Shown here: positions 1-12,100 of the stretch, piece after piece
How the letters are laid out: the number at the start of each line of letters is the position of its first letter
How positions within the stretch are numbered: the stretch's first letter is position 1
Source: Chrysemys picta bellii
Taxonomy: Eukaryota
DNA length: 64,000 bases
Reading direction: 5' to 3'
Assembly (NCBI RefSeq): GCF_011386835.1
Contig: NC_088802.1
Location: 248,001-312,000 of the forward strand
The notes under the pieces: model-generated
What the model saw: the letters and a program-made list of their open reading frames with translations, nothing else
What the model was told of the DNA's origin: nothing
Databases searched by the model: none
Made by a program: the position numbers and the translations under genes

Positions 1-101
1 CCAGGGGGGGAGCAAGGTAAATGGGGCCCCGATTATCCCTCCGCACCACCCTGGGGAGCTGCCCCCTCTCACACTGGCAGACTGGCAGGGAGGGGACGTA
101 C

Positions 102-3100
102 CGGTTCTCCAGGGAGCCCTCTGGGGCCGACCTCTCCATCGTCTCCCTGGGGGAAGAGAAAAAGGGGGTGAGGCAGAGAACGGGGAGGGGGAGCGAGCTC
201 AGCTCCCCCCGGCCATCCCTGCTCCCCAATTCCAGCTCCCTCTGCTCTCCCCACCTCCAGCCCCCTCCATCTCCCCATTCCCCTCAGCTCTCCCACATCT
301 CCCTCCCCAGGGAGCCACCCCAGCTCCCCTCAGTCTCCCTCCCACCCCCCAGACCCTCCAGTGAGCAGTTACTCACCCGCTGCCCGTCCTCACCAGGGGG
401 GCCTGGGATGCCCTGGGAACCCGTCTCACCCTGCAGGGACAAAGCCTTGGATCAGCTGGGTGGGGAGCCATGGGGCTGTGTACGTGGGATGCGCAGGGCC
501 TTTGGGGTGACTGTGTGTGTGATGGGGGCACAGCTGCATGTGCCGTGGGGGTGAGTGTGACTGAGTATGTAATTGCAGGGCGGGGGGTGCATCGCAAATG
601 TGCCGGATGTGTATGTGTTCTGCTGTGAACTGTGTGCAGCTGTGTTGTTGTGTGCATGTGCACAATTGCAGGTGTGCTGTGTGTACTATGTTTGTGTGAC
701 TGCACGTGTGTGGGGCTGTGTGTGAATGCAGTGGCTTTGTGTGTATTGTTGCGTATCTGAGTGTGTGCACAGATAGTTAGGAGAACGTTAGCGTGTGCGT
801 GGTTGTGTCTATGTGACTTTGTGATTGCACACACCTGGCTGCACAAGTGGGAGAATGTGTATGTACTGCGCGGTGCGCTGTGTTTGTGATGACACGGCTG
901 TGGGGATGTGCGTGGTTGTGCATGTGTAGTGTTCCGCGTGGCTGTGGCTGTGTGCGTTGCGCAGGGTGCGTAAGACTGTGAGTAGATTCTGAGGCCAGAA
1001 GGGCTCGGCTGCCCCTGTGTCGCTCCGGACGTCGGTCTGTCCCGAAACAAGCCCTGCTGGAACTAGACTGTGTATATCTGTGTGTGTAGATACGCTTGTG
1101 TGTGCTGGTAGGTGGCGTGTGACTGCGAAGGGGGGGCAGCGGCTCTGGCTGTGTGATGTACAGTTGTGTGTGTATCAATGCTCAGAGGGGGGTGCACAAT
1201 TGTGTAGCGCACACATGGGCTGGCCAGAACTGACCGCGGGGTGGCCCCATCTCTCAGGGAGATCCCAACAGTGCACCAGGACTGTCCCCCACCACCACCA
1301 CCACCACCACGAGGCGCCCGGCCAACGTGACTCACCCTGTACCCCTTGTCCCCCGGCAGCCCCGGCAACCCGTCAAAGCCTCGGTCGCCCTGCGGAGAGA
1401 AGCACAGAACAGCTCCCTGAGCCAGCACGCCCCAGCTGGGGAGACGCCCCTGCAGGACCCCCTCCCAGCCAGGGCACCCCATCCCCGGGAGGTGGGCTGC
1501 AAATCCCCACTGGGAACGAGGGTGGGCCCCCGGGGATCCCTGTTCTGAAGCAGTGATGTTCCCACACGGAACGGGAGGGTCGCTGGTTGAGTTAGTGGGT
1601 CTCCAACGTGCTAGAGTGGATCTCTGGTGCACGAGGATCACCACGCTGCGTGGGTGGGTTACTAGGACAGTGCCTCACCAGGAGATTCATGTACGCACTG
1701 AGTGGATCACTCACACAGCAAATGACTAGATCGCTAATGGATCGTCATGCTGAATGAGTGAGTTACTAGAAGAGTGGATTACCCCTGGATTCATGCACAC
1801 TCAGTGGATAACCAGCTCAGGTGATCTAGTGATCTTCAATGCCTTCACCACATGGACTATTGGTGGATTCGCAGGAGCAGTGACCTAGTGGATTACCAGC
1901 AACGCAATTTACTGGATCAACACTGCTACAGTCCAGTGGGTCACCAGAGCAGTGACCTACTGGATCATCTGTGGATCTACAGTGCTGGGACCTAGTGGAT
2001 CACCAGCCCAAGGAGGCCAGCTCACACCCAGTGCCTTGTCCACAGAAGCCATTACCCGTTACCTTAACGCCATGCTCCCCAGGCATCCCCCGAGCACCAT
2101 CGGCTCCAGCACGACCCTGCCAGAGAGACACAGAGACGGGGTGAGAGGAGGCTCTCCGGGCACAGAGGCTCTCCTGCCCCCACCCTGGGGTATCCCCGTC
2201 AGGATCCACACACTTACCCTCCTTCCAGGCTTCCCCGGGGGGCCAGACAGGCCCTGCGGCCCGCGGGGTCCCTACAGAGAGAGAGGGAGGGAAAGGGTAA
2301 GCAGACCTTCCCCCACAAGCAGCATGGGGGGGGGAGAAAATAAATAAATAAATGGAGATATCCCATCTCCTAGAACTGGAAGGGACCTTGAAAGGTCATC
2401 AAGTCCAGCCCCCTGCCTTCACTAGCAGGACCAAGTACTGATTTTGCCCCAGATCCCTAAGTGGCCCCCTCAAGGATTGAACTCACAACCCTGGGTTTAG
2501 CAGGCCAATGCTCAAACCACTGAGCTATCCCTCCCCCCCAAGAGGGAGAAATGCGGGTGGGAGCTCTCCAGGGTCCGAGGGGCTAATGGGGATTCTGGGG
2601 TTCAGATCAGGGTTAGGCTCCAGGGTGGGATGGGGCTCATGGGGTCAGACGGGGGGGTTCTTTCCTAGTGTCTGAGGGGTTAATGAGGGGTGGGGTGGCA
2701 GAGAGCGGTAACAAAGGGTAAACAGAGGGGCGGGCGGCAGTGACCCCGGCTCTGGGTCAGGGTTATAAGTCACAGGAGCCTGTGATCCAAACAGCCCAGA
2801 AAAAATCCAGCGTCGAACCAGAGGTCAGAGGTCACTTGCCAGCGTCAAGGGTTAGACATCACGGTCAGGGGCCACTAATCGTGAGTTAGGGTCACAGACC
2901 AGAGGTGGGGGTCACGGGTCATTCACCCTGGTCAGGGGCCAATGATTGGGAGCCAGGTTCAGAGACCAGGCTCATGGGCTGGAGAGAGGTCAGGGTGAAG
3001 GGGTCAGAAGTCAGCAACTGGGGTCAGGTTCCTGAGGTTACAGTGAAGGGATCAGAGGTCAGTGACGGGGTCATGTCCATGGGTTGGAGCAAGAGTTCAG

Positions 3101-6100
3101 GGCAGGAGCAAGGGGTCAGAGTCGGGGTCGTGCTGGGCTCCAACCCCCCGATCTCCTGCCAAGGCCAAGCCTGTTACCTGGGGTCCGAAGTCTCCGGCTT
3201 CCCCCTTCAGCCCGGAGCCCCCTGGCTGCCCCTGGAATGAGACAGCAGAGCAGAGGGGGTTACATGGGGGCAGCACATGGGCTCAGGGCCACAACCCTCC
3301 CCACAATCTCCCCAGGGTGCTGGGACCCACAGAACCCGGGGACGTGAAATTCCAGTGACACCAGCCCCCCGCCCCACACCCTGCCCCACACCCCAGGGCA
3401 CTGGGACCCACAGAACCTGGGGACATGACATTCCAGTGACACCAGCCCCACAGCCCCACACGCCCAGAGCATGGGAAACACAAGGACATGAAGCCCTAGT
3501 GACTCCAGCACTCCATGTCCCACCCCAGGGACAAGCCGACATGTCCCCCTAAGCCCTGACACCCACTCCCACATCCCCAAAGCACCAGCCATCAAGCGAT
3601 GCCTCCTCCCAACCCCGGCCCAGAGCAGGTACCTACCAGGGGCCCAGGCCGGCCGGTGTATCCCATGGGTCCTGGGGGGCCACGCAGGGCCATCTGGGGG
3701 GGAGAGAGGAGAAGGAGAATTAGACTGCAGCAAGCCAGGATCCCAGCCAAACACAGAACAAAGCAGGGAATAAGGACTGGGACCAGAACAGGGCTGAACA
3801 GGAAACATGGGGATCCAGAAAATTACTGGGGTTTGGGGGGTAAGAACGGGGTCCCAGTTGGGGATCTAAGAGGGGAATAAAACATGAATTTATCAGCATC
3901 GATAGACTGGAGGGAAAACAGCGACACTCAGTGTTCTAGAAATGAAGCTACAGACTTCCTGGGGTTTTAGGAAAAAGCACATTGTGATGTCAGCAGGATT
4001 CTAGAAGGAGATAAGCATGGTCCTAGAATTAGGGTTCTAGAGGGGTGACAAGTTGGGGCCTCATTGGAGTTCTAGAACAGGGGAAACTGTGATTTGCTCC
4101 GCACTCAGGAGGGTTAATAAGGTTTGAGGTTTGAAGGGAAGATAAATCAAATCACAGTCTTAAGGCAATGATCCATGATAGTCTTGGGGTTCTAGAAATG
4201 CAGTAAAATGTTTTGTGACACTTGTAAGGGTTCTAGGTGGGCATAGATTGTAACCCCCGTGGTTCCAGGAGAGCAGTCAATTGTAATCTCGTCCTGGTTC
4301 TAAAGGGCAGTACACTGAGATGTTGTTGAAGAGCTACTTAACCATAAGGTTATAAATGAACCTAGAAGGATAAGAAACGGATCTGCTGAGATTCTAGAAA
4401 GGTGACAAACCATTATCCTGCCGTTCTAGAGTGGCAGTAAATTGTGACCTTGGGGAAGCTCTGGAAGGGCACTGACCACTATTTGGTATGGAATCTTAAA
4501 GAACAATAAAAGAGTGACCCTTAACATGGTTCTAGAAAGGTAATAAATTGTGATCCCACTGAGGCTCTAGAAAGGTGACAACCCATTGGTATCTGGGTTC
4601 TCGATTACCAAATTTATCAGGGCTCCGGGGAAGAAAATAAGGCAGGATCTTTTCCAGGCTCCTTGAACCCCCTACCCTGCCCAACTCTCCCTGCCCTGTC
4701 TCCATCTGGACTTACCCGGGCTTGCTGTAAGATGGCCTGCGCTTGTGCCTCTTGTGCTGACACCGCAGGCCCCTTGTCTCCACCGCTGTTCCCAAACCGG
4801 AACTGGAGGACGAACGACAAACCTTCAGCTGTGAAAATCACACTGCCGCCATCCCAGAACTCACGCCGCCATCCCAGAACTGGGCTCCTGGGAGACATGC
4901 CCGGAGCCCTTCCTAGAGCTCTAGATCCCAAGGCAGGCTCTGTCCTTCACACTTCACGACGGGGCGGGAGGGGGGGGCAGATCACATTGCCAGAGCTCCC
5001 CTGGCCTGTTCTAGACTCCCAGAGATTTACTGCAACCTATCCAATTCCGGGCTGCATTCTTGGTATTCCCCTTTCTCGTCTAGACTCACACATATCCACT
5101 GCATGCTCTATGGTTCTAGGTAATACTACTAGAGTGCCCATTTCTGTTCCATACTCACATAAGCTCACTGTATATCCTTGCTAGTTTCAGGTAATGCTAT
5201 CAGGGTTCACCCTTATGTTCTAGACTCCCATAGACTCCCTGCATCATCTTTGGTTCTAGATAATGCTATTAGCACTAGCCTTTCGGTTCTCAACTCACTG
5301 TACTCTCCAGTTCTAGATCACACTACGAGAGCTCTCCCTTCTATCCTAAATTCCTATATCCCTATTATATTATCTACATTTCTAGAGAACAGCACCAGAG
5401 TCTCCTGTCCTGTTCTAGATTCCACGCAGGCCCATCCACTGTGCAATCTCCAGTTCTAGATCACAGGTTTTTCTTCTGATCTAGACCTAGACATCTTCTC
5501 TGGTTTTAGGTAATATTTGTAGAATCCATCTCATCTGTTACAGATTTATACTCTGACATACCTCTGTTTTAGGAGTTACTCTCTGGGTTCTACATTCAAA
5601 TAGCCCCACTACATACTAACCAGGACTAGCTAAGTGAGTCAGCCTCCTCTCTCCCATATCTTAGATCCTCACAGATCCACTCTACAATCTTCAGTTCTAG
5701 ATCACAGTACTAGAGTTCCCCTTTTTGTTTTAGACTCCAGCTGACCCACTGTATCCTCCCCAGTTCTAGGTAACACCATCTCTGTTCTCTCGTCCCTTTT
5801 AGATCCCTACAGGTCCATCTATCCTCTCTGGTTCTAGGCCATACTATCAGAGTTCCTCTTGTTTTACTCTAGACCCTGCAGGCCCACTGTATAGTCTACG
5901 GAATTAGGTATCTGAGTTCTTGAGCCCCACAGACCCATTGTATCACCTACTAGTTCTGGATACTGCTAGCTGAATCCCCAGGCCTGCCCTAGACTTCCAC
6001 AGACACATCATATTATCCCTAGTTCTAGGTAACACAATGAGAGTCTTCCCTGATTTATTCAAGACCCACAAACCCACATTATCCTTTCTGGTTCTAGATC

Positions 6101-9100
6101 ACACAATTAATTCCCCTGGTTTTATTCCAGACCTGAGAGCCCCCACCTTCCATACACTTCCTTGATCCAGCTCCCACAAGTATTTCTTCTAGTTTTATTC
6201 TAGATCCCACAGAGCCACCCCAGTTCTAGGTTACCCTATCAGCACCTTCCCCTGCTGTTCTAGACCCTAATCAGCCTATGTTAGCCCATTCCATTCCAGA
6301 CTGCAGCAGCCCCATCATTATCCATCAAACACCTCCTTACTCACAGGGAGCATGAGAGACGTGCCAGGAGGTCCAGGCGTCCCATCCGAGCCAGGGAGAC
6401 CTGAACGGCCAGGAGGACCCTGTTGGAGAGAGAGGCAGAGCGGGAGGTTATTGCATGGGGGGGGTCCGATCGTCCCCTCAGACAGTGCTGCTGCTGCCCC
6501 TGCCCTTCTCAGCACCCACAGCTCCCCCAGCGATGCGCCGATCTCCCCCCACACAGTGCCAGTCTCATATTCTCCCAGCACCCTGACACACACTGACCCT
6601 TGCCAGGATCTCTGGTCTATCCCCAAACACCCCAGGCCATCGGCGCTGCATATGCACACACGTGCACAATCACACACGCTAACGCATGCACACTCCCAGG
6701 CACTCACACGCACAGCGCCTTCCCCAGCCAAGGGGGCACAATGACATCCCACCCCAGCGCACACTCGCGTCTCCCCGTGCAAACACCCACTCACTCCTCC
6801 CTTGGAAGGGGGACCGCGGTCTCCCCCAGAGCTGATGCTGGACCCACAACTCCTGCCATGGGGCCAGGTTCCAGCTCGCACTCACCCTCTCGCCAGGATC
6901 TCCTGTGGGTCCCGGGGGGCCCTGTGTGCCCGGTGGCCCTGATATGCCCTGAGGAAACACATGAGAGACGCACAGTGAGGTTAATGCACCAGCAGGGGGA
7001 TCTGCCCCCGGCCCCAGAGCATCCCCCAGAACTCCCTGGACAGACAGACAGACAGGCTCTTACCGCAGGTCCCTCAGGGCCGGGGGGGCCCTCCACCAGC
7101 ATTCCCTGCAGAACAAGAGGCAGAGAACAGGGTTACGCCAGCGACAGGCCCGGGTGGGGCGAGGGCACAGCGGGCGGGGGGGGGGGAAATAGAGCCCCCA
7201 GCTGAGGAGGCCTTGGGCAGAGACAGCCCCGGCCATGAGGTGCCCTAGAGAGACTGGGGACTGCCCAGGTGAGTTTGAAAAGGGGGAGGATCTCCTGGCT
7301 CATCCACACCCCTCGCCCACTCCCCCCATCAGGAGAGAGGGCCATGGACTGTGCACACATGACTGTGCACCCTCCCACGCACACAGACATATACTAACCC
7401 AAACATGCAAATACGGTGGCATGCATGCACCAGGGTGTGCAAATACACACACACACACGCCATGGTGTGTAACAGATGCACATGCATGGGAACTAACACC
7501 TACATGCAAACTAGATGTGCAAACACAGGCACTCGCAAATACACATTTGCACACGCATACACAATTGTGCACAGGAACAGGTGCAAGCACTGACAGACAG
7601 ATGCAAATGTGAATCTGCATGCAGGGGCCTGTGCAAACTCATGCACACACTCAGAGGCACATGCAACATATGTGCACACACATGATTTTTCACACTTAAG
7701 GTGTGACAATACATATATGCTTGTTCACACAGGTGCGTGCAGACACGCACACATGTCCCATCCTGCCATGCGCACCCTGCCCCCCCCGCATACATACACT
7801 CGTCTGTGCCTATCATCAAACTACAGATCACTACGTCCATCGCACACACACAACCCCGGGGGGGCTCCAGGCCCAGGTGACCTGTGACGGGGCATGCAGG
7901 GCGCACTGATCCCTGAATAGGGCAGGGGCTGAGATAGGACAGGAGGCGCTGGGGGGGCTCTGTCCCATGCACAGCAGGATATCCTGCTCCTGCCACAGGG
8001 TGCATTGGGGGGCTGCATGGGGTGGGGCACCCCAGGGCCTGGACTATGCAGAGATGGGCAACATACAGGCACGAACAATGGAGGGGCTGGTGGGAGCAAT
8101 TGGTCTCCCCCAACCCATCGACGCAGGGACCTACCGGTTCCATGACAGCCGGCTCTCCCTTCTCTCCTTTGTAGCCTCTGACTCCGTGCACAGCCTGAGG
8201 GTAACACACATATAACCGCAAAGAGGGGCCCGGTCAATATAATGCACCCGAGGCCCCACTCTGGCACCCTCCCAGCCCTGCAAATCCCAGCTCCCACACC
8301 AGGAGGCAGGGCTCATCCAGCACCACTCAGCCGCACCACCCCGGGCTCTGTTAACGGAGGCTCCCTATCCCCCATGGTCTGAGGAAAGGTGGAGTAAAGT
8401 CTGAGTCAAAACTGGTGCAAGGGCTCAGTGAAAATGGAGCAGGGTCCAAGCGAGGTGCAAATAAAAGTGGAGCTCATCTCACTAAATTCGGAGTAAAATA
8501 GGACTAAAGTTTGAGTAAAACTGGAGAAAGCTCTGAAAACGGAGCAGGATCTGTGTAAATGTGGAGTAAAGTCTGAGTAAAAATGGAGTACACATGGAGC
8601 AAAAATCTGCATTTAAATGGAGCAGGGTCTGAATAAAAGTGGAGTAAAGGTGAAGAAAATGCAAATCAGGGTCTATGTAAATGTGGAGTAAAGTCTGAGT
8701 GAAACTGGAGTAAGGTCTGCATTTCCGTGGAGCAGAGTCTGTGTAAATGTGGAGTAAAGTCTGAGTAAAGCTAGAGTAAACCTGGGGCAGGTTCTGTGTA
8801 AGGCCCCAGGATTTTGTCCCAACCCTTCAGTTACCCTCCTGGGACCTAGGCAGACACGGCTGCTGTTTCTCATTGGAGCCCATCCTCACCCCTAACAGCC
8901 CCCTTGGAGCCTCTGGGTCTGTTGAGTTAGGATGCTTTGATAGCTCTGAGCTAATCAATGCATCGCGATCCACAGCGGCTCTGAACGGAAATGGAGGACA
9001 GGTTACATCACCAGGTGAAACACACCCCAGGGGAGGGGGTCATGGGGAGGAGAGATTTAAAGGCCCACATCTGGAGATGCCCCTGGCCCTAAATCCCCAG

Positions 9101-12100
9101 CCCCACTGAGATGGCAGCGTGGGGGGAAGGGAATTACCGCACCCCTTTGGGGGGTTATCCCCCCAAATCGGTAATTGACACCAGCGCTGACAATACTCGG
9201 GGAGGTGGGTGAATAACAGAGATGGCTGTACATGGGGATGACATCACAGGGCGTAAGATGACATCACAGAGTGGGGATGCCCTGGCGGGTTAGGGGCATT
9301 GCCAAGGCAGAGGATGTCAAGGTTACAACATCCGGTGCGATGCCATCGGGGCATGACATGCCCATCTCTGAACATACGAGGTGTGGGAGAGGGTGCTGAT
9401 GTCACTCCGAGCAAGAAGTGACCTCACAAGAGAGGAAGCGCATCACAGGAAATGGAACGGCGGAGGGAAAGTGACACAATGATCAGTGAGGTGCAGGGAA
9501 GGACTGCTAAAGACAGGAAGCGACCACCACACTGGACAGGAAGTGAAGGCAGTGAACAGGAAGTGATGCCACACTGGACAGCCATGACCCCTAGGAGGCC
9601 AAGCAGGAAATTACCATGACACAACAGTAAATGCTGACAGGGATGCCACAAACAAGGAAGTGACACCACACAGGAAGTGCCAACATGGCAAACAGCAATG
9701 ACACCATGAAAAGCAGGAAGTGACACATCAACAAACAGGAATTAACACATCAGAAAGCAATACCACGGCAAACAGGAAGTGATGCCAGGACACACCAACA
9801 AATGGCCACAAACAGGAAGTGACACCACAACGATAACAACACAGAGCCATGAATGGGAAGTGACATCTCAACAAACAGGAAGTGACACCATGAGACACCA
9901 ACACAGGACCACAAACAGGAAGTGACACCACAATAGGAAATGCCGCCAACAAAAGACCACAAACAGGAAGTGACACCACAACAAACAGGAAGCGACCGCC
10001 GAAAGACCATCCAAGAGAGGCCAGCAGGAGGAAGGGCCCGAGGACACATCCCCCGTGCCCCACTTACGCCTCCGTTCTGGGGGGTCTCTGCGGAGAGCAC
10101 GGGCCCCAGCTCTGATGGCTCGGCTCCCTCGGGAAAGTCCTTATAGACATACTCGTACTCCTGCCCCGTCACAGCTGTGTCCTCCCCCGTCACGTACTCC
10201 TCCACAAGCACCTCGTCCTCACCCGGAGCGGCAGGGGGCGGGCTGGGAGCCTCCTGCCCCACGGGATGGGGGAGAAGGGGAGAATGAGAAGAAACCCAGC
10301 AACGCATTAATGCCCAGCACGGCGCCTACTGGGAGACAGGCTCAAGGAGATGTGACGAAACTGGATCCCCCAGACCTCCTTGACTCCCAGCCCCCTCTCT
10401 CCCAGCTCTAACCCGTTAGATCCCATTCTCCGCCCAGAGCTGGAGATAGAACCCAGGAGTCCTGACCCCCAGTCCCAAATCCTCAGTCCTTTCCCCACAG
10501 ACCCCTATCTCTGCCCCCTGGAGCCTCTCCCCCAGGGTCTCCATCTCTCCCATCGTGGGATCAGCACAGAGGCAGCTCTCGGGGGACCAGCCCTGAATTG
10601 CATGGGGAGGCTTTAAGGCCCCACCCCACTGAGACAGACAGTGGGGCTGTGGGAACTAGGGGGGAGCTAGACCTCACCCTGGAGCCAGCTCAGCCCTCTG
10701 CGCCTTCCCATCCAGCCCCTTAGCCACCCCTCAGTCCAACCCCAGGGCGGTTACCTCAGCCCAGGGCTCCCAGGGGGAGTGGGGAGTCACCTCCAGCCCC
10801 GTTGTCTCCTCCCAGTAGTCACCATCAGGGTCCTGGTCAGGGGGTAGGGTATAATCCAGGTACTCGCCAGCCCCCCAGGGCTCCTCTGTAGGGGACAGCC
10901 CCACATCCTGGGCCAGGGGCGGGGGGCGGGTTCAGCAGTCACCAGGGCCAGGGGGGAACAGGGTTGGAACAGCAGTCATGGGGGCAGGGGAAGAAAGATN
11001 NNNNNNNNNNNNNNNNNNNNNNNNNNNNNNNNNNNNNNNNNNNNNNNNNNNNNNNNNNNNNNNNNNNNNNNNNNNNNNNNNNNNNNNNNNNNNNNNNNNN
11101 NNNNNNNNNNNNNNNNNNNNNNNNNNNNNNNNNNNNNNNNNNNNNNNNNNNNGATAAACATGCATAGGGATGGATAGACAGATGGACAAACAGGCAGATT
11201 ATGCCCAGGGATGGATGGATGCAGTGGACGAACGGAAGTGCATGGAGATGGATGGAGATACAGGCATGAGGACGGTTTGACAGATATGCAAAGGGATAGA
11301 TGGATTAGAGGAGAGAGAGAAAGAGGACAGAAGTATTAGTAGGTTATTCTTGTTCTCCCCCCTGCCCTGGGGAAGGGGCAGGGACAGCGGAACTGGATTC
11401 ATCCCGGATCGTTTTCCCGGACACATAGAGACAAACCGATCGCTGATGTAATCGCGCCCCCCTGCAGCGCCCCCTGCCAGGGAGCGACTACCCCTTGTCA
11501 CTCAAGCGGGACTTGGGGTGTCCATTCACGGGAAAGAAGGTGCAAGATAAATAAACACACAGAGAAAATGTAAAGGAAGTGGGACATGGGACCTTTCCCG
11601 TCTAGGGGGCACTCCCTCCCATCCAGCCCCAGGGCAGGGACTGGCTGGCTCAGGGGGGCAGGGAATGGGACACAGGACCTTTCCCCTCTAGGGGGCGCCG
11701 GCTCCAATCTGGCCCCAGGGCAGGGACTGGCTGGCTCGGGGGGCAGGGAATGGGATTTGGGGCCTTCCCCACATTCCCCATCTGCTGGTTTATTTATGTT
11801 GCCAAGGCGTTTCCCGAATGGCCCCATCACAGACAGACAAACAGACACGAGCGAGACGCACAGATTGGGGAGGGAGGGGATGGGGTGGGGGGGAGCATGC
11901 TCCTCCCCATAGATCTCAGATCGTGCTGCCCCCTCAGGGGGGTGCCCAGCACCGATCTGGATGCCTCGCTCTTGCTCTACCTGCTGGTAGCCGTTGCCGT
12001 GTTTCCTGGGTGCGCCGGCGCCAGCGTAGGCCTTGCCCCCCGTCTGGGCCTTGCCCAGGGCATTTTTCACGGCCAGGTGTTTCCCCCAGCTGCCATCTTG

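Noticed and set aside
1017-1556. ORF with a poly-His tract
   Set aside because: A (CAC)n microsatellite antisense to a COL11A2 intron, with no other coding signal.
2470-2539. tRNA-like sequence with A and B boxes
   Set aside because: It is the head of a SINE, fused to a CR1 tail, with no complete cloverleaf.
3934-4537. Heat-shock elements
   Set aside because: Only two-unit TTCnnGAA cores were found, with no third correctly spaced nGAAn unit.
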